Below the pieces are notes generated by a model. It was not told the DNA's origin. It saw nothing but the letters and a program-made list of their open reading frames with translations, and did no database searches. A stretch of 64,000 bases of DNA from Bacteroidales bacterium (GTDB lineage: Bacteria > Bacteroidota > Bacteroidia > Bacteroidales > Azobacteroidaceae). Positions 55,339-63,191 of the stretch are shown piece after piece. Where the stretch lies: contig JAVBLQ010000033.1 of the NCBI GenBank assembly GCA_031553435.1, positions 846 through 64,845 on the forward strand, read 5' to 3'. Every line of letters starts with the position of its first letter. The first letter of the stretch is position 1. A program made the translations under genes and the position numbers.

Positions 55339-58300
55339 ATGAAATTGACATACCACATACACATCCTTCTTCTATTTATCTTCTTATGGATAAATAAAAA
55401 TACGCTCGTGGCAGGAGATATAAACCTGGCCCTGCATAAGCCTGTAACCGCTTCATCACAAGACGATAACGGGCCGGCCTCCAATGTCACCGACGGACGG
55501 ATTTCACGCAATCATGCATGGATCACAAGAACTTCCGCCCGCCCGCCGCATATGCTGGATGTCAACTTGCAAAAATATTGCGAAATCAATCGCATCATAA
55601 TATACACTGGTATCCCCACTACAGAAAAGAAAAAAAACGAAACCGGACAAGCTGCCGGATTCTGGTCGGTCAAAAACCTGAAACTGCAATACTGGGACGA
55701 TGCCAACTGGACAGACCTTCCACAAACCGAGATCAATGAAAACAGACTGGATACCATTGTATTTAACTTCAAACCCTCATTAACTACATTCCGGATCCGC
55801 TTGATTTCTCTGGACGGAGAACCCATCCGGATCAATGAAATAGAAATTTACGGAACGGAAAAGAAAAACATGCCTTCTCCCGAAGCCTCCGAAGTAAAAA
55901 ACATTCCTGCCGGAAAACAAACAGGCAACGATATAAACATTTACATTAACAATGAAGTGATCGGTAAGTCAATGAAATACGTGGCTTACAATCAAGGTTA
56001 CTACATGCCGGGAAGTAATGCATCCGACTGGCTCGATTATTCAAACGCAAACAGCCTTCGCGTTTGGACATCATTGAGAGAGTACATTCCCGAATCATTC
56101 GTCATGGTCGATAAAAAGCTCAATACCTTATCCCAGTTTGAAACTTACAAACAGGAGTTACGCAACAATCCTGAAAACAACCGCTTCATCGATTGGAAAA
56201 CAATCAATGAAAACGCTGAAAAAGAAATGACATCCACCAACTCCATGATATTAAAATATACATTGGAAGAAACCAAACGGATGAAAATCGACGTAGTCTT
56301 GCAAATCAACGACCGCAATTTTACCAACGAATGGTCGAACAAATGGCAGCAATGGCAACGTTTCTATGCACTGGCCTTCTATGCCGCCAAAACAGGAGAT
56401 GTGAACATGTTTGCCATGCAAAACGAACCCAATCACCGTCATTCCGGCCCGATGACCATAGATAATTACATCACCGGACTGCAAATCGTTTCGGATGCCG
56501 TACACTGCGCCGTTGACGATGTGAACAGAATTTACGGAAAAAATCTGCAGGCCAAAGTAGTTTCACCCGTCACGGCAGGAGCCAATGCCAACTGGTGGTC
56601 GGAAATCATGAAAAATATCCGCACCAATTATAAAGGAACTCCCGGAGAAAGAGATCTATTGGATATCTTTTCTACTCACGCCTACAATCTTCCGGCTATG
56701 GGGTATAGTACCAAAGTAAACGAAATAAGGGAATTACTCAAGGAAAATCATCCCTTGAAAACAGCTCCTCCTATTGTTTTTACAGAAACAGGCCGCTGGA
56801 TGAATGCCTATTTGATCGATAAATACGAAACAATGGATTCACCTTCCTTATTCACCGAATGGGCCGGAGAATACACCAATAATACATTGAACGGTTGCTA
56901 CGGAATGTGGGCCTTCAAATTCGCCAATACAACAAGCGGAACCTACCCGCGGGGAATCAAATCAGGACACCACTTTACCTGGCAGGGAAAAAGAATCGTG
57001 GAAGACGCATACACAAACGTAGCCAAAGGAAAAACCGTTTGGGATAAAACTTCCTCACAACCGGTAAAAGCAAATCAGGTCTGCGACGGAGATAAAAGCG
57101 ACGAATCTGCATGGTTCTCTCCGGCCACTACAGATGATAAATATCTTGAAATAGACCTGGACAACCCATATTCGTTGGGAGGCGCCGTAGTATACACAGG
57201 TTCTTCGGCAGGCGTTTATACCGGTCCGGACCGCGTCAAGAAATTCAAACTGCAATACTGGACAGGAAGCGACTGGCAAGACATCAAAGAAACAATAGAA
57301 CAAAACGCCAGATACGCTCAATCATTCTATATTTTCGACTCTCCGGTCAAAACTTCCAAAGTTCGCTTTGTATCGACCGACGACGGTATTATCAAAGTAC
57401 GGGAAATTAAACTTTTCGAAGCCTCGTCCATGCAAAATATCAAGCCATCATACGATATAAGCGGCATACAACGCACCGGAGAAGTAGTCCGCCTGTTCGC
57501 CAAAGGATTCAAAGAAGAAAGACCCATCTTTAATACGACCAAATCTGAGGCAGACAACGATCTGGATGCCTTAACTTCCTTTGATCCGCAAGCCAATGTT
57601 TATTATATGTGGCTGGTGCAACGTAAACCCATCTCAAACAAATTAACGATAGATTTCAGTAAGCTGAATCTTCCCGAAAATGCAAGAATCATTGCCGAAG
57701 AAGTCAGCAACAACCATTACGGAGATGTTATCTGGGTGAAAGCAGTCGACAATAATCAGACTTTGACAATGGATCTGCCGGCACAAAGTGTTGTACTGCT
57801 GACAATCCCTGTAGCCGGTAATGAAAACTATAAAAAGCTGACTTGCGATGCCGATGCTACCATCAAAGGAGGAAAAAATAGTCGAACAAATCAAGGAGCC
57901 GGAAAAGAACTTTTTGTAGAAATGAATGCATCACAAGCAGACAACAACCAGATCAGCTACATTCGTTTCGATCTGAAAGATATGGATAAAAACAAACTGA
58001 ATGCAGCCATCTTATCCGTCTATGCAAAATCATCATCCGAATCTCCTTACCGCTTACACGTATATGCCGTTGAAGACGAAAACTGGAAAGAAAATAATAT
58101 CACCTGGGAAAATGCACCCAATCTCGACAAAGGACAATGTATCATTTCCGGCGCCGGAAAAACAGCACGGATGGCTGGAGAATTAGTGGCGGAACAAACA
58201 CCCGGCTATTGTTCGTTGGATGTAACAAAAATCCTTCGTAACACTAAAGGAAGATACATCTCTTTCGTTTTCATCCGTGAACTGAGACAATTAGGAGACG

Positions 58301-58374
58301 ATACCGATAACGGGAAAAAGATGATTATTCATTCCCGCGAGTCAGCCAATCAACCACAGCTTATATGTTGGTAA
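55339..58374 (+). CDS. multidomain clan-GH-A-like glycoside hydrolase (family unassigned) with two F5/8 type C (discoidin) domains
   Basis: About 1011 aa from MKLTYHIHILLLF. Discoidin-like regions (NLALHKPVTASSQ...IRINEIEIYG and NVAKGKTVWDKTSS...IKVREIKLFE). Core has FAMQNEPNH (acid/base) and IVFTETGRW (nucleophile). C-terminal beta-sandwich ISYIRFDL...ITWENAP. Confidence 0.55.
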   Translation: MKLTYHIHILLLFIFLWINKNTLVAGDINLALHKPVTASSQDDNGPASNVTDGRISRNHAWITRTSARPPHMLDVNLQKYCEINRIIIYTGIPTTEKKKNETGQAAGFWSVKNLKLQYWDDANWTDLPQTEINENRLDTIVFNFKPSLTTFRIRLISLDGEPIRINEIEIYGTEKKNMPSPEASEVKNIPAGKQTGNDINIYINNEVIGKSMKYVAYNQGYYMPGSNASDWLDYSNANSLRVWTSLREYIPESFVMVDKKLNTLSQFETYKQELRNNPENNRFIDWKTINENAEKEMTSTNSMILKYTLEETKRMKIDVVLQINDRNFTNEWSNKWQQWQRFYALAFYAAKTGDVNMFAMQNEPNHRHSGPMTIDNYITGLQIVSDAVHCAVDDVNRIYGKNLQAKVVSPVTAGANANWWSEIMKNIRTNYKGTPGERDLLDIFSTHAYNLPAMGYSTKVNEIRELLKENHPLKTAPPIVFTETGRWMNAYLIDKYETMDSPSLFTEWAGEYTNNTLNGCYGMWAFKFANTTSGTYPRGIKSGHHFTWQGKRIVEDAYTNVAKGKTVWDKTSSQPVKANQVCDGDKSDESAWFSPATTDDKYLEIDLDNPYSLGGAVVYTGSSAGVYTGPDRVKKFKLQYWTGSDWQDIKETIEQNARYAQSFYIFDSPVKTSKVRFVSTDDGIIKVREIKLFEASSMQNIKPSYDISGIQRTGEVVRLFAKGFKEERPIFNTTKSEADNDLDALTSFDPQANVYYMWLVQRKPISNKLTIDFSKLNLPENARIIAEEVSNNHYGDVIWVKAVDNNQTLTMDLPAQSVVLLTIPVAGNENYKKLTCDADATIKGGKNSRTNQGAGKELFVEMNASQADNNQISYIRFDLKDMDKNKLNAAILSVYAKSSSESPYRLHVYAVEDENWKENNITWENAPNLDKGQCIISGAGKTARMAGELVAEQTPGYCSLDVTKILRNTKGRYISFVFIRELRQLGDDTDNGKKMIIHSRESANQPQLICW

Positions 58375-58393
58375 AACTATATACGGTTGCGGA

Positions 58394-58454
58394 AAAATTT
58401 ACGCCTGTCGTAAGAAAATTTACGCCTGTCGTAGCAAAATTTACGCCTGTCGTA
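58394..58454. repeat. 3 x 21-bp tandem direct repeat AAAATTTACGCCTGTCGTA
   Basis: Identical 19-mers at 58394, 58415 and 58436, each holding the inverted pair TTACG-N5-CGTAA. A degenerate fourth copy, aaaatttacttgcaat, sits at 58475. Confidence 0.85.
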
Positions 58455-58506
58455 AATTTTTCCACAAACGGATGAAAATTTACTTGCAATAATATTGAAA
58501 TTGATA

Positions 58507-58557
58507 TGAACATTTTTGAGGGCACCGTGTACCGTGTACCGTGCACCTTTGCACCTA
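58507..58557. repeat. half element of the GTGCACC/GTGTACC word family
   Basis: tgaacatttttgagggcaccgtgtaccgtgtaccgtgcacctttgcaccta. It shares the terminus TGAACAyTTTTG and the word array with 60631-60755, but I found no complementary arm nearby. Confidence 0.6.
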
Positions 58558-58606
58558 AAAGATTCATATCGGCACTATATAAAACAACACAAACTAATTT
58601 TCAACC

Positions 58607-60622
58607 ATGCTAAAAAATATATCCATCCCAATCAAACCATTACTGATTCTCCTGCTTATAGGACTCGGTAATACGGCATATGCTGAAAATCATGTGATTG
58701 AACTACCCAAATGTATCAGTTCGCACATGGTGCTTCAGCGCGAAACGCCTGTAAAGTTGTGGGGATGGGGAACGCCCGGAGATACGATTATCGTGGAATT
58801 AACCAGACAAGGCCAGATCTTCAAAGACTCCGTCAAAGTAGATGAAAACAAACGTTGGCTCATCAGGTTGCCAGCTCAACCGGTATGTAGTGAAGCCTGT
58901 AAGCTGAAATTCCATATCAAAGGCCATCCGGAAATCACACAGACACTGGATGATATACTGATTGGAGATGTTTGGTTCGCCGGAGGCCAGTCTAACATGG
59001 AGAAAAAAGTGAACTATATGCTCGAAACAGGACAATATACACAGGAAGCCGACAATTATCCGCAAATCCGTTCGTTCAGGGCGAGCTATTATCCGCAAAC
59101 AAGCCCTCAGGAAAGAGTCAACAGCGCATCAGGTACCTGGTTTGTGTGCAACAGTACGGAAATTGCAGATAAAGTCTCTGCCGTAGCCTATGTTTATGCC
59201 CGTAGTTTATATGAAAATCTCAATATTCCGATAGGCATCATGCAATCATACCGGGGAGGAACGGAAATCGAGACATGGATGAGCCCCGGGATATTCAATG
59301 ATCCCGAATTATGTAAAATAGCGGGACGCAAAGCATATATAACTCCGGGAACCGCATCCCAGGATCATTCCCTTCATTTTAACGGACAAATCAATCCCCT
59401 GCTCAATTTCCCTATCAAAGGTTTTATTTTCTATCAGGGAGAAAGCAATATCAAACGGGCGCTGGAATATCGTTTCATGATGAGAAAACTGATTGAAGAT
59501 TGGAGAAACCTCTGGGGAATGGGCGATTTGCCTTTTTATTATGTCCAATTGCCTAATATTTATGCAACTTCTTCATACGACGAATCCAACTGGCCGGACT
59601 GCCGCGAACAACAAGCATTGCTTTTGTCTGACTATGTGGCAAACCTTGGTATGGCCGTTACAATCGACACCAATGATGAAGCGCTTAATCCGGACAACAA
59701 CATCAATATCCATCCGCATAATAAAAAACCGGTGGGAGAAAGACTTGCCCGTATTGCATTGAAAAACACATACCATTTCGATATCCTTGCCGAAGGACCT
59801 GCCGTGAACCGTTATGAATTTTCCGGCAATTCCGTTTATCTGTATTTCAAAAATTATGGCGACGGATTAAAAATAAAAGCAGGAGAAAGCTCCCTCAAAG
59901 GTTTTATCATCAGCGGAAGCGATAAAAAATTCTATACGGCAACCGCAACAATACATGATGACAGTACTGTCGTGGTCAGTAGCAGTTCCGTTTCCAGTCC
60001 GGTAGCCGTACGCTATGACTGGGCAAGGAATCCCATAGGTAATTTGTATAATTCCATTGATATACCGGCAACACCGTTCAGAACAGATATCTGGAAATCG
60101 AAGTTTACCTATACATCTTTCCAGTCTTCCTGTACTTCAAAAAGTAGTGATGCGGATTTAATGATGATTAAAGTAAACGGGGTAACACTTCCTGACTTCG
60201 ATCCTCAAAAGCTAACTTACAACTATATCCCTGAAAATCAGAATTATCAGGACGTAAGTGCTGTAACCAACAATCCTTTCGCCTCAATCGTCAAAGTAGA
60301 AACAGAAAACAAAGTGACACTGAAAGTAACAGCCGAAAATGGTTCCGTTCAATCATACGAAATCAACTTCAAAAGTCCGACATCTATACCGGAAAACACA
60401 ATCCAATTATTTCATGTTTTTCAGGAAAACAAAAAGATAATCATACAAAACAACTCAGGCAAACAACATCAGATCAAAATATATAATCACAACGGACAGC
60501 ATATTATCTCTGATAAAATAAAAGAAAATGAGCAGAAGACTTATACTTTGCCACTTGGTGTTTATATTATCGATTGGATAAATAGCGGGCAAAGCAATAG
60601 CATGAAATTTATTTTGAAGTGA
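58607..60622 (+). CDS. sialate O-acetylesterase-like esterase with cadherin-like domain and T9SS C-terminal sorting domain
   Basis: 671 aa. GDVWFAGGQSNME and FYQGESN blocks (SASA family), a cadherin-like sandwich (DADLMMIKVNGVTLPDFDPQKLTYNY...YEINFK), and a tail ending in GVYIIDWINSGQSNSMKFILK. Confidence 0.7.
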   Translation: MLKNISIPIKPLLILLLIGLGNTAYAENHVIELPKCISSHMVLQRETPVKLWGWGTPGDTIIVELTRQGQIFKDSVKVDENKRWLIRLPAQPVCSEACKLKFHIKGHPEITQTLDDILIGDVWFAGGQSNMEKKVNYMLETGQYTQEADNYPQIRSFRASYYPQTSPQERVNSASGTWFVCNSTEIADKVSAVAYVYARSLYENLNIPIGIMQSYRGGTEIETWMSPGIFNDPELCKIAGRKAYITPGTASQDHSLHFNGQINPLLNFPIKGFIFYQGESNIKRALEYRFMMRKLIEDWRNLWGMGDLPFYYVQLPNIYATSSYDESNWPDCREQQALLLSDYVANLGMAVTIDTNDEALNPDNNINIHPHNKKPVGERLARIALKNTYHFDILAEGPAVNRYEFSGNSVYLYFKNYGDGLKIKAGESSLKGFIISGSDKKFYTATATIHDDSTVVVSSSSVSSPVAVRYDWARNPIGNLYNSIDIPATPFRTDIWKSKFTYTSFQSSCTSKSSDADLMMIKVNGVTLPDFDPQKLTYNYIPENQNYQDVSAVTNNPFASIVKVETENKVTLKVTAENGSVQSYEINFKSPTSIPENTIQLFHVFQENKKIIIQNNSGKQHQIKIYNHNGQHIISDKIKENEQKTYTLPLGVYIIDWINSGQSNSMKFILK

Positions 60623-60630
60623 AATCGGTA

Positions 60631-60755
60631 TGAACACTTTTGGGTGCAAAGGTGCACGGTGCAGGGTGCACGAATTGCTTACGCCTGATAGTGCACTACA
60701 TCTGATAAACCGACCGTGCACCGTGCACCGTGTACCGTGCACCCAAAAACATTCA
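60631..60755. repeat. intercistronic hairpin element, GTGCACC/GTGTACC word family, loop GCTTACGCCT
   Basis: tgaacacttttgggtgcaaaggtgcacggtgcagggtgcacg pairs with cgtgcaccgtgcaccgtgtaccgtgcacccaaaaacattca. Loop motif at 60677-60686. Confidence 0.85.
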
Positions 60756-60797
60756 ATTAGGTTACAATTTGAAACAATACAAATAACAATCTCAATA

Positions 60798-63179
60798 ATG
60801 AAAAAAAACAAAACAATTTTCAGAAGCCTTTTATTATGCATCTTTATTTTTTCTACTTCGACAGCATTCCCTGTTTCGAAGCAAATGAAAAAAGTAGTGG
60901 ATGACGCTTTGGATTTCTCTTTAAAACAATCCATGCAGATGTACGAAACAATGGAAAATCAAAAAGATATTTTGCCTCGTACAGCCAAAGACGGAGAACT
61001 CATAACTTGTAATCCCCACTGGTGGACAAGCGGTTTCTATCCCGGAACACTATGGTATTTGTATGAATACAGCAACAATCCCGCAGTTCTGAAAGCCGCA
61101 GAAGACATGACTTCCCGTCTGGAAGAAGAAAAATATACGACCGATAACCATGATGTAGGTTTCATTATCAATTGCAGCTATGGCAACGGTTACCGTTTAA
61201 CAAAAAACGAAACATATCGCGAAGTAATTAACACTGCCGCACAATCTTTAGCCACCCGATTTCATCCGGTTACAGGTTGTACCCGTTCATGGAACAGCAA
61301 AAAATGGCAATTTACCGTTATCATCGACAATATGATGAACCTGGAACTACTCACTGTTTCATCCTTTTTGTCAGGAGATAACAAATATTACGATATGGCT
61401 AAATCTCATGCCGATAAAACATTGAAGTGTCATTTTCGTCCCGATGGAAGTTCTTACCATGTAGTAAGTTACGATACGATTACGGGAAAAGTACTGAATC
61501 AGGTAACACACCAGGGTATAAGTGATGATTCATCCTGGTCGCGCGGACAAGCCTGGGGACTATACGGATACACCATGATGTACCGGCAAACAGGCAAAAA
61601 AGAATACCTGGATCATGCCGTCAAAATCGGTCAATACATCATGAATCATCCGCGCTTGCCGAAAGACAAGATTCCATATTGGGATTTCGATGCACCGGAT
61701 ATTCCCAAAGCCGACAGAGATGCATCTGCCGGAGCGATCATGGCTGCTGCTTATGTTGAACTGAGTACTTATGTGGATGGAATATTAGCCGCAGACTTCC
61801 TTTCATTAGCCGAACAACAAATCAAATCACTGGCATCTACAGCCTATCGTGCAAAAAACATAGGTGATAACAACAACTTTATTATTCGACATTGCACCGG
61901 ATTTATGGCCAAACAATATGAAATTGATGCTCCTTTAACTTATGCCGATTACTATTTTGTAGAGGCCTTGATCAGATATAAAAATCTGTTGGAAAGACGT
62001 CCGGTAGTAGATGTTGTTACCACTCTTTCCGAGAATGCCGGCCGCTCTTTCTGGCTCAGTTCTATGCTCAGGATTGTTGATCCTGTATTAACCAATCTGG
62101 CAAACAATACTTTAAGAAAAAATATGCCGGTCGAATCGAGCGCCGAAGACTTGAATAAACGCAAAGAATGTACCCATCTCGAAGCCTTCGGTCGTACATT
62201 AACCGGAATAGCACCCTGGCTCTCCTTAGGAGCAGACAATACAATTGAAGGAAAAGCAAGAGAAAAATATATCTTACTAACACTTCAAAGCCTGAAAAAT
62301 AGCGTGGATCCGCAATCCCCCGATAAACTGAATTTCAATGTCGGACGGCAACCCCTGGTAGATGCCGCTTTCCTTGCCCACGGCCTGTTAAGAGCCAAAG
62401 ATCAGCTATGGCCAAAGTTGGATAAAGTTACTCAACAACGCTTGATAGATGCTTTGAAATCTTCACGCGTCATCAAACCCTCGGAAAGCAACTGGTTGTT
62501 TTTCTCGGCAATGGTAGAAGTCGCCTTGAAAGAATATGCCGGAGAATGGAATCTCGACATAATCAATTATGCTTTGCAAAAACATAAAGAATGGTACAAA
62601 GGCGATGCCTGGTATGGCGACGGACCCGAATTTCACCTCGATTATTACAACAGCTTCGTCATTCAACCCATGATGGTACAGATATTGGAAATCATGAAAA
62701 AATACAAAGCTCCCGGATATGAGTTTTATGACGTGGAACTCCCCAGATATCAACGCTATGCAGAACAACAGGAACGAATGATCTCTCCCGAAGGAGCCTA
62801 TCCCGTAGTTGGTCGTTCACTGGCTTACCGCTTCGGAGCCTTCCAGGCATTAGCGGATGTGGCTTACAGACAAATACTTCCGGAAAAAGTAAGTCCTGCT
62901 CAGGCGAGAGGAGCATTGACCTCCATCATCAAAAGACAAATACAGGCTCCCGGCACATTCAATGAAAAAGGTTGGCTCAAAGTAGGTTTCTGTGGCGATC
63001 AGATAGGTATTGGCGAAGGCTATATCTCGACAGGAAGCCTGTATTTATGCTCCGGAGTTTTTCTCCCGCTTGGATTACCGGAAAATAATTCCTTCTGGAA
63101 CAGTCCCGCTCAGGATTGGACTTCCAAAAAAGCTTATTCGGGACAACCGATGACGCTGGATAAAGCATACAAAAATTAA
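60798..63179 (+). CDS. fusion protein: GH88 unsaturated glucuronyl hydrolase domain plus DUF2264-like domain
   Basis: About 793 aa from MKKNKTIFRSLLLC. GH88 blocks are HWWTSGFYPG, DNHDVGF, IIDNMMNLELL, SWSRGQAWGLYG and ADYYFVEAL. The C-terminal half has DUF2264-like blocks NWLFFS, WYKGDAWYGDG, DYYNSF and GRSLAYRFGAF. The ORF track start 60630 lies inside the hairpin. Confidence 0.7.
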   Translation: MKKNKTIFRSLLLCIFIFSTSTAFPVSKQMKKVVDDALDFSLKQSMQMYETMENQKDILPRTAKDGELITCNPHWWTSGFYPGTLWYLYEYSNNPAVLKAAEDMTSRLEEEKYTTDNHDVGFIINCSYGNGYRLTKNETYREVINTAAQSLATRFHPVTGCTRSWNSKKWQFTVIIDNMMNLELLTVSSFLSGDNKYYDMAKSHADKTLKCHFRPDGSSYHVVSYDTITGKVLNQVTHQGISDDSSWSRGQAWGLYGYTMMYRQTGKKEYLDHAVKIGQYIMNHPRLPKDKIPYWDFDAPDIPKADRDASAGAIMAAAYVELSTYVDGILAADFLSLAEQQIKSLASTAYRAKNIGDNNNFIIRHCTGFMAKQYEIDAPLTYADYYFVEALIRYKNLLERRPVVDVVTTLSENAGRSFWLSSMLRIVDPVLTNLANNTLRKNMPVESSAEDLNKRKECTHLEAFGRTLTGIAPWLSLGADNTIEGKAREKYILLTLQSLKNSVDPQSPDKLNFNVGRQPLVDAAFLAHGLLRAKDQLWPKLDKVTQQRLIDALKSSRVIKPSESNWLFFSAMVEVALKEYAGEWNLDIINYALQKHKEWYKGDAWYGDGPEFHLDYYNSFVIQPMMVQILEIMKKYKAPGYEFYDVELPRYQRYAEQQERMISPEGAYPVVGRSLAYRFGAFQALADVAYRQILPEKVSPAQARGALTSIIKRQIQAPGTFNEKGWLKVGFCGDQIGIGEGYISTGSLYLCSGVFLPLGLPENNSFWNSPAQDWTSKKAYSGQPMTLDKAYKN

Positions 63180-63191
63180 CCAAAAATATTC

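Noticed and set aside
58361-58567. 68-aa minus-strand ORF with TTGVNF repeats
   Set aside because: It is a translation of the 21-bp tandem repeats and the GTGCACC array. It is not a gene.
60455-60934. 159-aa minus-strand ORF, and the 5-prime extension 60630-60797 of the GH88 ORF
   Set aside because: Both read through the GTGCACC hairpin, giving Cys/His/Arg-rich translations. The real GH88 gene starts with the signal peptide at ATG 60798.
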